A DNA stretch of 63,548 nt, counting the filler, from a bacterium (GTDB lineage: Bacteria > JAMORN01), in assembly GCA_027063545.1 (NCBI GenBank). It is 10 parts of 10 records of this genome, joined end to end, with 100 filler letters (N's around TTAATTAATTAA, not from the genome) between each part and the next. Parts side by side here need not be neighbours in the genome. Positions count along the whole stretch, not along the records: positions 1 to 7,553 come from JAMORN010000129.1; positions 7,654 to 15,139 come from JAMORN010000130.1; 8 more parts are not named here. One strand, given 5' to 3'. Position numbers and translations under genes: made by a program. Position 1 is the stretch's first letter. Each line of letters opens with the position of its first letter. Positions 1 through 10,248 of this stretch are shown here, piece by piece. The notes beneath the pieces are model-generated. The model had not been told where the DNA came from and ran no database searches. It saw nothing but the letters and a program-made list of their open reading frames with translations.

Positions 1-309
1 ATAGGTATGCTCATGGCAGCAAATTATTCATATAAAATAGGAAAGTTGTCTTCAGAGAAAAGAGATTATCATTATTCAATTATTTTACCCTATTTAAAAT
101 ACATAAAAATTGATGTTAGTAAATTGAAAATAGATTTTAAGGAGTTTAAAAATATTATTTCTAAAGATAAGAAGGCAAAGGTAGGTGAGCTTACATTAGT
201 CCTTCTTTCCGATTTAGGTAAATATTTATTTTATAAAGAAAATAATATTGAAAAAGTTTATAATGTTTATATAGAGACATTAGATGAGTTAGAGGAGGTT
301 TTTAAATAA
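1..309 (+). CDS. aroB: 3-dehydroquinate synthase, C-terminal fragment (5' truncated)
   Basis: Frame open from position 1; [18 protein letters not shown] matches the AroB C-terminus; directly upstream of aroQ. Confidence 0.8.
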   Translation: MGMLMAANYSYKIGKLSSEKRDYHYSIILPYLKYIKIDVSKLKIDFKEFKNIISKDKKAKVGELTLVLLSDLGKYLFYKENNIEKVYNVYIETLDELEEVFK

Positions 310-755
310 TGAGAATTTTGGTAATTAATGGTGTTAATCTAAATATGCTTGGTATAAGAGAAAAATCTATATATGGGTCAGGAACTCTTAATGATATAGA
401 AGAATTATTAAAGGCTAAAGCAAAAGAATTAGATATTGAGATAGAGTTTTTTCAGTCAAATTATGAAGGAGAAATTGTAGAAAAGATACATTCAAGTTTA
501 AATAATATAGATGGTATTTTAATAAATCCGGGGGCTTTTACCCATTATAGTATAGCAATAAGGGATGCTCTTTTGGCTGTTAATATTCCTTTTGTAGAAG
601 TTCATATTTCTAATATTTATAAAAGAGAGGAGTTTAGGCAAAAATCTTTTTTTAGTGATATAGCAATTGGCGTAATTTCAGGTTTTGGCCTTTATTCTTA
701 CCTACTTGGTCTTGAAGGTATTGTTAATTATTTAAATAGAAATAAGGAGGAATAG
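309..755 (+). CDS. aroQ: Type II 3-dehydroquinate dehydratase
   Basis: [37 protein letters not shown] and [14 protein letters not shown] motifs. Confidence 0.97.
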   Translation: MRILVINGVNLNMLGIREKSIYGSGTLNDIEELLKAKAKELDIEIEFFQSNYEGEIVEKIHSSLNNIDGILINPGAFTHYSIAIRDALLAVNIPFVEVHISNIYKREEFRQKSFFSDIAIGVISGFGLYSYLLGLEGIVNYLNRNKEE

Positions 756-1612
756 TGATGAACTTTTTAGATGAAATAGAATTTTTTATAGATTTATTAT
801 ATAAAGTTAGATGGGAGGTTTATGAGATCTATTTTAAACAAGCAATAGATATAGAGATAAAGAGTGATAACTCTCCAGTTACAGCTGCAGATAAAAAGGC
901 TAGTGAAATACTAATTACTATGCTGGAAAATAAATTTGGGATTAAAACTATTACAGAAGAAGATTTTCCTGAATGGGAAGTAAGAAAAGGTTGGGAAGAA
1001 TTTTTCTTAATAGATCCAATTGATGGAACAAAATATTTTATTTCTCAGGATGGAGAATACTTTTCTTTAAATATCGCGTTAATTAGAGATAATAAGGTAG
1101 TTTTTGGTTTAATTTATAATTATATTACTCAAGAGTTTGTAATATCACAAGAAAATTTTGGAACTTATTATGGAACATTGTCTAAGTATTTAAACTCTTT
1201 AATAAAAATAAAACATAGTATAGAATATTTAAAGAAGGATAATAATTTATTTATTAAGTTAGTTGGGAATAGATCTTTTTCACCTAAGAGTCCTGAAAAT
1301 AAAGAAATATTTGATATTATAGAAGAGTATAGTTATTCTATTAGGAAAATAGCGAGTAGTGCAAAATTTATAGAGTTGGTTATGGGAAGAGGAGATGTAT
1401 ATATAAGACCAACTACAATACATGAATGGGATATTGCTCCGGCTGATATTATTTTAAAAGAAGCAGGTCTTATGATTTTAGATTATAGTGGTGAAGAAAT
1501 TAAATATAATAAAAAAGAACCTTTAATAAACGGCTTTATAGCGGGTTTACCTCATATAGTAAATTTCTTTTTAGATGAAAAAAAGAAAAGAACAAAGTTT
1601 AATTTTCTATAG
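755..1612 (+). CDS. cysQ: 3'(2'),5'-bisphosphate nucleotidase, CysQ/inositol monophosphatase family
   Basis: KSDNSPVTAAD, TEE, IDPIDGTKYF and EWDIA motifs. Confidence 0.88.
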   Translation: MMNFLDEIEFFIDLLYKVRWEVYEIYFKQAIDIEIKSDNSPVTAADKKASEILITMLENKFGIKTITEEDFPEWEVRKGWEEFFLIDPIDGTKYFISQDGEYFSLNIALIRDNKVVFGLIYNYITQEFVISQENFGTYYGTLSKYLNSLIKIKHSIEYLKKDNNLFIKLVGNRSFSPKSPENKEIFDIIEEYSYSIRKIASSAKFIELVMGRGDVYIRPTTIHEWDIAPADIILKEAGLMILDYSGEEIKYNKKEPLINGFIAGLPHIVNFFLDEKKKRTKFNFL

Positions 1613-1613
1613 A

Positions 1614-2216
1614 TTATTTTTTTAAAGTAAAAATAAAGCCATCAATACCTTTTGATTTTATATAACGTAAATATTTTTCAGCATTTTCTCTACTGTTAAA
1701 AGGTCCTATAAGAAGTTTATAGTAGCCATTTAGTTCTTTTATCATAATTTGATAATTTTTTAAATCAATTTTATTAGAAATAATAGCTTTATTCTTTTCA
1801 GCATTAGGATATTCTCTAAAGGAGCCCACTTGAATAAAAACTAAATTAGAATTATTATTAATTATATATTCATCATTATTCTTTTTATTATTTTTATTTT
1901 TTACACCATTGTTTATTTTTTCTAAAGTATTTTTACTAATATTCTTATTTGAAGAACTTGGTGCTTTATTATTAAAAATAAACTCATCAAATTTAGATAT
2001 ACTATTATTTGAAGAATCAATTTGTATATGCTTAATTTCAGATTTTTGTTGTTTTATAGAATCCTTATAATTATTTGTATTCGTTTTATTAGTATTTTCT
2101 ATTTTTTCTGAATTATCAGAATAAAGAGAATCTTTTATTTCATTGGTATTGTTAGAGCAAAAAATAATGTTTATATTTAGAGTAATAAACCATATTAAAA
2201 ATATAATCTTTTTCAT
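1614..2216 (-). CDS. SPOR-domain peptidoglycan-binding protein
   Basis: Signal peptide, N/K-rich linker, C-terminal IQVGSF...NA...YKLLIGPF.SRE.A; AAGGAG RBS. Confidence 0.85.
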   Translation of the reverse strand: MKKIIFLIWFITLNINIIFCSNNTNEIKDSLYSDNSEKIENTNKTNTNNYKDSIKQQKSEIKHIQIDSSNNSISKFDEFIFNNKAPSSSNKNISKNTLEKINNGVKNKNNKKNNDEYIINNNSNLVFIQVGSFREYPNAEKNKAIISNKIDLKNYQIMIKELNGYYKLLIGPFNSRENAEKYLRYIKSKGIDGFIFTLKK

Positions 2217-2232
2217 AGGTGTATCTCCTTTT

Positions 2233-2904
2233 ATGAAAAAAAATAAAATAACAAAGATTAAAATACAAGAAGAGAAGTTAAAAGATTTGTATGAAAAATA
2301 TCCATGGTCTTTTGGTATTTTTTTTCATAAGGATTACTCTTACGTAATAAAGTCAATTATCTTAGTATTACTATTTTTAGGGCTTTTATATATAGCTGGT
2401 AATAAAAGAAATGTTTTCACTTCAAAAACAGATAAACTATTTGTTTATATAAAAAAAGGAGAATATTATTTTTATTTATATGATAAAGAGTTAAAAAAAG
2501 AATATGATATTCCCTTAAAAAATATAGAAAAGTTAGATAGTGAAGTATTAAATAAATATTTTCTTTACAATATGAATAAAAATAGCATTTTTTTTAATTT
2601 TAAAGGTGTAAAATTAGGATTTTTTAATGGAAAATCTAGCATTGATAGTATAAGAGAGGATATAGATATTATAATATTTAATTATATAGAAAATGATACA
2701 AGTTATTTAAATAAACTCCTAAAGCATACAAATTACTATTTGGCTTTTTTTATTAAAAAACCTAATTTATTAAAAGATAGAAAATATTATGTTTATCCTG
2801 AAAAAATAAAGAAAGATCAACTTATATATGGAGATAAACATATTTTTATAGTTATAAAACAAAAACCCTTTGGATTAAAAATTTTAGATTTTAGTAGAAG
2901 ATAG
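2233..2904 (+). CDS. Hypothetical membrane-anchored protein
   Basis: ORF with one TM segment. ATG 2233 preferred over TTG 2143, which would overlap the SPOR gene. Confidence 0.6.
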   Translation: MKKNKITKIKIQEEKLKDLYEKYPWSFGIFFHKDYSYVIKSIILVLLFLGLLYIAGNKRNVFTSKTDKLFVYIKKGEYYFYLYDKELKKEYDIPLKNIEKLDSEVLNKYFLYNMNKNSIFFNFKGVKLGFFNGKSSIDSIREDIDIIIFNYIENDTSYLNKLLKHTNYYLAFFIKKPNLLKDRKYYVYPEKIKKDQLIYGDKHIFIVIKQKPFGLKILDFSRR

Positions 2905-2913
2905 GAGGATGCT

Positions 2914-4086
2914 ATGATTCTTGACCCAGACAAACTTGAAGGCATGAATTCCAGAAAAGATGATTTAAAGATTTCTCAAGGAATTTCTGGACCCGGACAA
3001 GAGGCAACAAAAAGAGTTCCTTCTTTAAAGGAATTATTAATTGAGATGATAAAGAGAGATGCTTCAGATTTACATTTAACTGTAAATGCTCCTCCAATGT
3101 TAAGAATAAATGGAAAGTTAGAAAAAACACCTTATGCCAAGCTTACTCCTGATCAGGTAATGAAAATGGCATATTCTATAATGACAGAACAACAAAGAAA
3201 AGAGTTTGAAAAGAACTGGGAAGTAGATTTATCTTTTTCTGTTAGAGATGTTGATGCCCGTTTCAGAGCAAATGTTTTTCATCAAAGGGGAGCTGTTGCT
3301 GTTGCTATAAGACAAATACCTAAGAAGATTAAAAGCTTTAAAGATTTAGGATTGCCACCTGTTATAAAAGAATTTTGTGATAGACCTAATGGTTTAGTTC
3401 TTGTTACAGGGCCTACAGGTTCGGGTAAATCAACAACTCTAGCAGCCATGATTGATTATATAAATGAATCTAGAAAAGAGCATATAATAACAATAGAAGA
3501 CCCTATAGAATTTGTTCATGAACATAAAAATTGTATTGTTAATCAAAGAGAAGTTAAAGCAGATACCCATTCTTTTGCAAACGCTTTAAAATACGCTTTA
3601 AGACAAGATCCTGATGTAATTCTAGTGGGAGAGATGAGAGATTTAGAGACAATAGAAGCAGCTTTGACATTGGCAGAAACAGGTCACTTAACTTTTGCTA
3701 CTTTACATACAAATTCTGCAGCTCAAACTATCCACCGTATTATAGACGTATTCCCAGCTCACCAACAAGCAACCATAAGAGCTCAGCTGGCTTTTGTTCT
3801 TCAAGGAGTTATTACCCAAGCTTTAATTCCAAAGATGGATGGGACAGGAAGAGTTTTGGCGATGGAAATCATGAATGTTACACCAGCAATTAGAGCTTTA
3901 ATAAGAGATGATAAGATACATCAAATTCCTTCAATGATAGAAGCAGGACAAAGATATGGTATGATCACTATGAATCAATCTTTAGCAAAGTTGGTTAAAA
4001 GGGGGCTTATTTCTGTTGATATGGCTTTAGCAAGAAGTCCAAATCCAGAAGAGTTGTCTCAATTACTTAATAAAGGGATAATATAA
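2914..4086 (+). CDS. pilT: Type IV pilus retraction ATPase
   Basis: ASDLHL, GPTGSGKSTT, TIEDPIE, ALRQDPD, AETGHL.FATLHT, AIRALIR. Confidence 0.95.
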   Translation: MILDPDKLEGMNSRKDDLKISQGISGPGQEATKRVPSLKELLIEMIKRDASDLHLTVNAPPMLRINGKLEKTPYAKLTPDQVMKMAYSIMTEQQRKEFEKNWEVDLSFSVRDVDARFRANVFHQRGAVAVAIRQIPKKIKSFKDLGLPPVIKEFCDRPNGLVLVTGPTGSGKSTTLAAMIDYINESRKEHIITIEDPIEFVHEHKNCIVNQREVKADTHSFANALKYALRQDPDVILVGEMRDLETIEAALTLAETGHLTFATLHTNSAAQTIHRIIDVFPAHQQATIRAQLAFVLQGVITQALIPKMDGTGRVLAMEIMNVTPAIRALIRDDKIHQIPSMIEAGQRYGMITMNQSLAKLVKRGLISVDMALARSPNPEELSQLLNKGII

Positions 4087-4101
4087 AAGGAGATGTAGTG
4101 T

Positions 4102-5298
4102 ATGGCCACTTTTGTATATAAGGGTATTGTTAAAGGCGGAAGAGAAGTTACAGGAGAAATTGAGGCAAAAAATAAAAATGAGGCAAGAAATCTTTTAGTA
4201 AGAAAAGGTATAAGAGTTATAGAATTAAAAAGAGCCCCAATAAATATATCCCTTTTTGGGGGAGGGGTTTCAATAACAGATATTGCAAGATTTACAAGAC
4301 AGTTTGCAGTTATGTTTGCTTCAGGTCTTCAAATTACCCAATGTATAGAGATTTTAGCCGTTCAGACCCCAAATCCTGTGCTAAGAAAGGCCTTAAAACA
4401 GGTATACAATGATATCCAAGGAGGAAATAATTTAGCAGATAGTTTAGCAAAGCATCCTAAGATTTTTAATAATTTATATGTTAGTATGGTAGCGGCCGGA
4501 GAAGCTGGAGGTATCTTAGAGGATGTTTTAAATAGATTAGCTGATTATTTAGAAGCTCAAGAGAGGCTTATTAGAAAGGTAAAAGGTGCAATGATGTATC
4601 CTATTGTAATAACAATTGTAGCAATACTTGCTATAATAGCCATGCTTAAGTTTGTTGTTCCAACATTTGCTAAGTTATTCCAAGAAGCAGGAGCTCCTCT
4701 TCCTTTACCAACAAGAATAGTTATGGGACTGGCTGATTTTATAAGTAATAATTTTCTTTTAATAATAGGTGGATTTATTGGAATTGGTGTAGCGTTAAAA
4801 TGGTGGTTTTCTACAGAGAAGGGTAAATATACTATTGATAAATTACTTATAACTATGCCTATCTTTGGTGAGATAAGCACAAAAAGTATTATAGCTAGAT
4901 TTTCTAGAACATTAGGAACACTTCTTCATAGTGGTGTAGATATTATAAATGCTTTAAGAGTAACAGCAAAAACAACAGGGAATAAAATATTTGAAGAAAC
5001 AATTAATAGAATTATTATGAAGGTTACTGGAGGTGAAAATATTTCTGATCCTTTATCTAAAGAGCCTATTTTTCCTCCAATGGTTGTTCAAATGATAAGT
5101 GTAGGTGAAAAAACAGGTAATTTAGATGGTATGTTAATGAAAATAGCTGATTTTTATGAAGAAGAGGTAAATGCAGCTGTAGAGAGTTTGACATCTTTAA
5201 TAGAGCCTCTTGTTATAGTATTTATGGGAACTATAATAGGTGGTATTTTGATAGCAATGTACTTACCAATGTTTGATTTATTCCAACATATAGGATAA
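4102..5298 (+). CDS. pilC: Type IV pilus platform protein (T2SS F family)
   Basis: FTRQFA, AGEAGG.L, GEKTGNLD.ML and YLPMF motifs; follows pilT. Confidence 0.93.
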   Translation: MATFVYKGIVKGGREVTGEIEAKNKNEARNLLVRKGIRVIELKRAPINISLFGGGVSITDIARFTRQFAVMFASGLQITQCIEILAVQTPNPVLRKALKQVYNDIQGGNNLADSLAKHPKIFNNLYVSMVAAGEAGGILEDVLNRLADYLEAQERLIRKVKGAMMYPIVITIVAILAIIAMLKFVVPTFAKLFQEAGAPLPLPTRIVMGLADFISNNFLLIIGGFIGIGVALKWWFSTEKGKYTIDKLLITMPIFGEISTKSIIARFSRTLGTLLHSGVDIINALRVTAKTTGNKIFEETINRIIMKVTGGENISDPLSKEPIFPPMVVQMISVGEKTGNLDGMLMKIADFYEEEVNAAVESLTSLIEPLVIVFMGTIIGGILIAMYLPMFDLFQHIG

Positions 5299-5314
5299 TA
5301 GGGTCTGAAAGAAA

Positions 5315-6589
5315 GTGAATAGACCTAGTGAATTAGAATATAATAAAGAGTTAGTTATTATCTCAATAATTGTAAAGGTATTGCTTTTTACCCTTTTTTA
5401 TATTCCAATTATTTTTTTATTTAAAGATAAGACTTTTTTCTATATTCTTTTAATTTTATATGGATTAACTAGTATTTTTTCAATTTTAATAACATTTTTT
5501 TTCTTAAAAAAAGAAATCGAGAATGATAAGGTTATTACCTTAATCAATTACTTTTCAATTATTATAGAATTGATTTTAGAAACTTATATTATTCTTTATA
5601 CAGGAGGAATCTATTCTAACTTTCTGTTTTTATATATGTTTACCATCCTTTCTTCTATTTTTTTATTAGGTTTTAAGGGAATGAGTTTTTCTATAGTTGT
5701 TATAATTTTTATTCAAACATATCTTTTTTATTTTACTTATAAAAATAGAATATTTTTCGATATATCTGAGGTATTGAAAATATATTACTTTAATATAATA
5801 AGTTATATTTTAGTTTCAGGAATAGTATGGTTTTTGATAAAAAAAATCTCTATATCTGCTATAATATTAGAAGAAAAGGATAAAATGGCTACTATAGGGG
5901 AAATTACTGCTAAGATTATACATGAAATAAAAAATCCCCTTTCCACAATAATTGGAACTACCCAGATTTTGGAAGCATCTGCTTCTGAGGAGGATAAGCG
6001 TTTGTTGGATTTAATATACAGGGAATCTATAAGATTAAGGGATTTAATGAATAATTTTTTCTCTTTTATTCGTAGGGTTGAACCTAAAATAGAAAGTGTA
6101 AATATTGTAAAATTAATCGATGGAATAGTTTATCTATATTCTAAAGATTATAAAAAGCGCTATAATGTAGATATAGAATTTAATACAGAAAATATATCCT
6201 CATTTTTCGTTGAAACAGATGCTAATTTATTAACAACTATTATTGTTAATATTTTGTTAAATTCTTTTGAAGCAGTAAAGGATAAAGATATAAAGAAAAT
6301 ACAGATAAATTTAGAAGAAGAGTCTAAATATTTTATTTTAAAAATAAAAGATACAGGAGGAGGAATTGACCAGAAAGTGTATAAGAAGATATTTTTACCT
6401 TTTATTTCAACAAAAGTAAAGGGTACAGGCTTAGGACTTACTATTGTAAAAAGTTTGACAGAGGTTTTAAATATAGATATTTTTTATAGAAATTGGGAAG
6501 ATAAAAGGTCAGATGTTAAAGGAGTAGAATTTACATTAATAATACCAAAAGTATATAGGAGAAAGGAGAGCAGAGATGAAAAAAATTAA
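5315..6589 (+). CDS. Membrane sensor histidine kinase (PilS-like)
   Basis: Multi-TM N-terminus with TGG..S.F.FLY; HEIKNPL H-box; DTGGG and GTGLGL boxes; follows pilC. Confidence 0.85.
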   Translation: MNRPSELEYNKELVIISIIVKVLLFTLFYIPIIFLFKDKTFFYILLILYGLTSIFSILITFFFLKKEIENDKVITLINYFSIIIELILETYIILYTGGIYSNFLFLYMFTILSSIFLLGFKGMSFSIVVIIFIQTYLFYFTYKNRIFFDISEVLKIYYFNIISYILVSGIVWFLIKKISISAIILEEKDKMATIGEITAKIIHEIKNPLSTIIGTTQILEASASEEDKRLLDLIYRESIRLRDLMNNFFSFIRRVEPKIESVNIVKLIDGIVYLYSKDYKKRYNVDIEFNTENISSFFVETDANLLTTIIVNILLNSFEAVKDKDIKKIQINLEEESKYFILKIKDTGGGIDQKVYKKIFLPFISTKVKGTGLGLTIVKSLTEVLNIDIFYRNWEDKRSDVKGVEFTLIIPKVYRRKESRDEKN

Positions 6590-7166
6590 TTTAATTTCAA
6601 TTTTTCTATTCTTTATTGTAACAATAATACAAGCAGGGTATTATATAACTCCTAGATATGATAAAGTTTTTTTATATAAAACAGCAACATCTAAGAAAAT
6701 GTTAAAGGATAAATATATAGAGTTCGGTAAGATATATGAGGTTACGAAGGAAAAGAATAATAGATACTATATAAAAGATTTAGGTTTATGGGTTGACAAG
6801 ATAATGGTTGTTGGAGATTTCTCTAAAAAATTGGTAAAATATAAAATATCCTATTTAAAACAGTATAGAGAAGAAAAGATGAAAGAAAAGAAAAGGGTAG
6901 AAAATGAGGTAAAGAAACATCCTGAATGGCCAGAATATATAAAAAAAGCTGTTTTAAATTTTGAAATATGGCCCAATTGGCCTGAAAGCTTAGTGGTAGC
7001 TTCTTGGGGTAAGCCTGATACAATAATAAAAACAAAATATAACGATACATTATTTACTTATATGAGATATGGAAATCAAGTTTTAATATTAAAGAATAAT
7101 AAATTGAAATTAATAAAATATGATCCAAGTAGAGAAGATAAATCAATTCAGATTATGATAAAGTAA
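6576..7166 (+). CDS. Hypothetical exported protein (possible SH3-like N-terminal domain)
   Basis: Signal peptide, AAGGAG RBS, SWGKPD motif. Confidence 0.65.
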   Translation: MKKINLISIFLFFIVTIIQAGYYITPRYDKVFLYKTATSKKMLKDKYIEFGKIYEVTKEKNNRYYIKDLGLWVDKIMVVGDFSKKLVKYKISYLKQYREEKMKEKKRVENEVKKHPEWPEYIKKAVLNFEIWPNWPESLVVASWGKPDTIIKTKYNDTLFTYMRYGNQVLILKNNKLKLIKYDPSREDKSIQIMIK

Positions 7167-7176
7167 TTTTTTATTT

Positions 7177-7553
7177 ATGGATTATTTTCGTCCATCTAAG
7201 TCTAAAGGACAAAATTTTTTAATTAATCCTTATTTGATTAAAAAGCTTTCAGATTTTATTCCCGATAAAGGGGATATTTTAATAGAAATAGGACCTGGAA
7301 AAGGAGATTTTTCTGAATTTCTATTACAAAAAGATTATAACCATTTTTATCTTATAGAATTAGATCATATTTTATATAATTACTTAAAGGAAAGATATAA
7401 AGAAAAAGTAGCAAGTAATAAAGTTACTATAAAAAATTTAGATGCAACAAAATTAGATTATTACTCTTTTGGTATTAAAAATTTAATAGTGGTTGGAAAT
7501 TTACCATATAGTGTTGGTAGTTTAATAATTTTGAATATTGTAAAGCATTATAC
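7177..7553 (+). CDS. rsmA: 16S rRNA dimethyladenosine transferase (3' truncated)
   Basis: KSKGQNFL, EIGPGKG, IELD, VGNLPY. Confidence 0.92.
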
Positions 7554-7653
7554 NNNNNNNNNNNNNNNNNNNNNNNNNNNNNNNNNNNNNNNNNNNNTTA
7601 ATTAATTAANNNNNNNNNNNNNNNNNNNNNNNNNNNNNNNNNNNNNNNNNNNN
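7554..7653. other. Artificial contig linker
   Basis: N44-TTAATTAATTAA-N44, giving stops in all frames. Confidence 0.99.
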
Positions 7654-7990
7654 AAATATAGTAGGAAAAAAATTCCATATTACTGAGGATGGCGAAGTTT
7701 ATGTAGATGGTAAATATGTAGATCAAATTCTTGTGGTAGATTTTTCCGATAGAGAAAATACCCTAATTTCCCATGAAAATGGATATTTTGAAGCAAAAGA
7801 TCTTTCCACTCAAATATGGACTAAAGATGTAAAAATTATGCAGGGTTTTTTAGAAACAAGTAATGTTAATCCAATAAATGAAATGGTAAAATTAATTGAT
7901 CTATATAGAACATTTGAGATAAATCAAAAGGTTATAACAACAATAGATACAACTTTAGACAAAGCAGTAAATCAAGTAGGAAGAGTATAA
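7654..7990 (+). CDS. flgF: Flagellar basal-body rod protein FlgF-type, C-terminal fragment
   Basis: Frame open from the contig edge; QGFLETSNVNPINEMV; precedes flgG. Confidence 0.8.
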
Positions 7991-8014
7991 AAATTTAAAT
8001 AAAGGAGGTAGAAG

Positions 8015-8803
8015 ATGATAAGATCATTATATACAGCAGCAAGTGGAATGAATGCACAACAACTTTTAGTTGATACTATATCTAACAATATTGCAAACGC
8101 TAATACAAATTCCTTTAAAGAAGATAGAGTTGAATTTGCTGATCTCTTGTATCAAATAATAAAAGATCCTGATGCAAAAGTAGATTCAAGAGCAAGAAAT
8201 ATCTTAGGAATCCAAATAGGTTTAGGAGTAAAAACTGTTGCAACTAAGAAAAATTTTAAAGCAGGTTCTCCTCAAGAAACAGGAAATCCAACTGATCTGA
8301 TGATAAATGGCTCAGGTTTCTTTCAAGTAGAACTCCCCAACGGAAAGATTGCTTATACTAGAAATGGTAATTTTAATATATCTGCAGATGGATATCTAAC
8401 CACTGCTGATGGATACAAAATAGAACCTGAAATTATAATTCCAGAGGATGCAGAACAAATAACAATTACAAGTGATGGATATGTTTTAGTAAAGGTGGCG
8501 GGTGAGGAAGAGCCAGAAGAGGTTGGAAGAATTGAACTTGCTTATTTTATCAATCCAGCCGGTCTCAAAAATCTTGGTGGAGGATATTATGAAGAAACTG
8601 TTGCAAGCGGTGAACCAAAGGTAGAATATCCGGGTGAGGAACTAACAGGACAACTTATGCAAGGGTATTTAGAAGCCTCAAATGTTAATGTAATTGATCA
8701 AATGGTTAGTTTGATTACAGCCCAAAGAGGATACGAAATGAACTCTAAATCAATTCAAGTAACAGAAGATATGCTTGCCTTAATAGCCCAACTTAAGAGA
8801 TAA
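8015..8803 (+). CDS. flgG: Flagellar distal rod protein
   Basis: SLYTAASGM.AQQ, SNNIAN, YTRNGNF, GYLEASNV. Confidence 0.96.
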   Translation: MIRSLYTAASGMNAQQLLVDTISNNIANANTNSFKEDRVEFADLLYQIIKDPDAKVDSRARNILGIQIGLGVKTVATKKNFKAGSPQETGNPTDLMINGSGFFQVELPNGKIAYTRNGNFNISADGYLTTADGYKIEPEIIIPEDAEQITITSDGYVLVKVAGEEEPEEVGRIELAYFINPAGLKNLGGGYYEETVASGEPKVEYPGEELTGQLMQGYLEASNVNVIDQMVSLITAQRGYEMNSKSIQVTEDMLALIAQLKR

Positions 8804-8805
8804 CT

Positions 8806-9531
8806 ATGAAAGGGAAAAATATAAAAGTCTTGTTTTGCTTGCTGGTTAGTTTTGTTTTACTTTTTAATATCAAGATAAATGCTAAAAATGAAGATTACTC
8901 TAAAATTAGTTTTAACACATTAGACTATATAAAAAGTATAGTAAAAGATTCTTTAATTTCTAAAGATACAACTATAATTAAACTTGTTCTAACACCTTAC
9001 TCTTCTTTAAATAAAATAAAAAAAATATCCCCTCTTGATATAAAAAAAATTGAGATTCTTCCTCAAAAAACAAGAAAATATTTGAGTGTAAAATTACTTT
9101 TAAAAAACAAAAAATTTGTGTTCTTTAAGTTTGAGATAGAAAAATATAAAAAAGTGCCTGTTTTGAAAAAAATTGTTCAAAAAGGGGAAAAAATTTCCTC
9201 TGATATTATTATTGAAAAGGTTATTAATATATCAAATTATAATGCTCAAGATATAATATATGATAAAAATAAGTTAATAGGAAAAATTGCGGATGTAGCT
9301 TTAATAGACAACACTCCTATAAGAGAAAGTCAAATAAAAACTCCTCCTTTAGTAAAAAGTGGAGAAACAATAAAAGTAATTTTTAATTACTCAAAATATG
9401 TAACTATCACTTTTACTACCAAAGCACTAAATAGTGGAAAACTTAGAGATAAAATTCTATACAAAAATCCTTTTAACAAAAAATTAGAATACGGAATAAT
9501 TATTGGAAAGGGTAAGGTAAAGAAACTATAA
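8806..9531 (+). CDS. flgA: Flagellar P-ring assembly chaperone
   Basis: Signal peptide; PPLVKSGETI and KAL..G..RD.I motifs; lies between flgG and flgH. Confidence 0.8.
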   Translation: MKGKNIKVLFCLLVSFVLLFNIKINAKNEDYSKISFNTLDYIKSIVKDSLISKDTTIIKLVLTPYSSLNKIKKISPLDIKKIEILPQKTRKYLSVKLLLKNKKFVFFKFEIEKYKKVPVLKKIVQKGEKISSDIIIEKVINISNYNAQDIIYDKNKLIGKIADVALIDNTPIRESQIKTPPLVKSGETIKVIFNYSKYVTITFTTKALNSGKLRDKILYKNPFNKKLEYGIIIGKGKVKKL

Positions 9532-9534
9532 AAC

Positions 9535-9550
9535 TGGCACAAGATTTGTA
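9535..9550 (+). promoter_or_regulatory. Putative sigma54 (-24/-12) promoter for flgH-flgI
   Basis: TGGCAC-AAGAT-TTGTA; consensus spacing but GT instead of GC at -12. Confidence 0.45.
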
Positions 9551-9633
9551 TTTAAAATATTTAAAGTAAGAAAACTACTTAAATTAATACTACAACAAAA
9601 TAAGTTAGAAATTTAAGGAAAGGGAGGGAAATT

Positions 9634-10203
9634 ATGAAACGAAAGCTATTAAAAATAATAATTTTTATTATCCTATTTTCGTCAATAACTTATGCTTATG
9701 ATATTTACTCTCTTTATACCCCCAAACGTCCATATAAAGAGGGTGATATTATAACTGTTATTATTGCAGAAGAGGCAAATGCTCAAAACATAGCAGCAAC
9801 AAAAACAAAAGTCTCAGCAGAACAAAATTTAAATGTTAAAGCAGGAACAGGAATTTTAGATTTTATAAAAGCTTTTAGTGGTGGTTCTTCTCAAAAATCC
9901 GATTATTATGGCAATGGATCTACTCTAAAAAAAGGAGAACTTGATGCTAAAATTTCTGTTAAGGTGATTAAAGTTCTTGATAATGGAAATCTTTTAATAG
10001 AAGGCTCTAAAGTTGTAGAGATTAATAATGAAAATGAAATTATAGAAGTAAGAGGGATAATAAGACCTTCTGACATTGCTCATGACAATACAATTTATTC
10101 CTACAAAATTACAGACGCAAGAATTACATATAAAGGAAATGGTGTTGTAAATAATTCTCAAAAACCGGGAATTATAACAAGATTTTTTAACTGGTTGTTC
10201 TAG
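9634..10203 (+). CDS. flgH: Flagellar L-ring protein
   Basis: GDIITVII.E, NGNLLIEG.K, RGIIRP.DI and ARITY.G motifs. Confidence 0.93.
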   Translation: MKRKLLKIIIFIILFSSITYAYDIYSLYTPKRPYKEGDIITVIIAEEANAQNIAATKTKVSAEQNLNVKAGTGILDFIKAFSGGSSQKSDYYGNGSTLKKGELDAKISVKVIKVLDNGNLLIEGSKVVEINNENEIIEVRGIIRPSDIAHDNTIYSYKITDARITYKGNGVVNNSQKPGIITRFFNWLF

Positions 10204-10248
10204 TTTTTTAATATGATAATCTAAAATAGTAAAAAGGGGAAGGGAAAG

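Noticed and set aside
7554-7653. Recurring TTAATTAATTAA motif flanked by Ns at roughly 7.2-7.6 kb spacing
   Set aside because: Artificial scaffold linker; the regular spacing reflects contigs sorted by length, not a biological repeat or CRISPR array.
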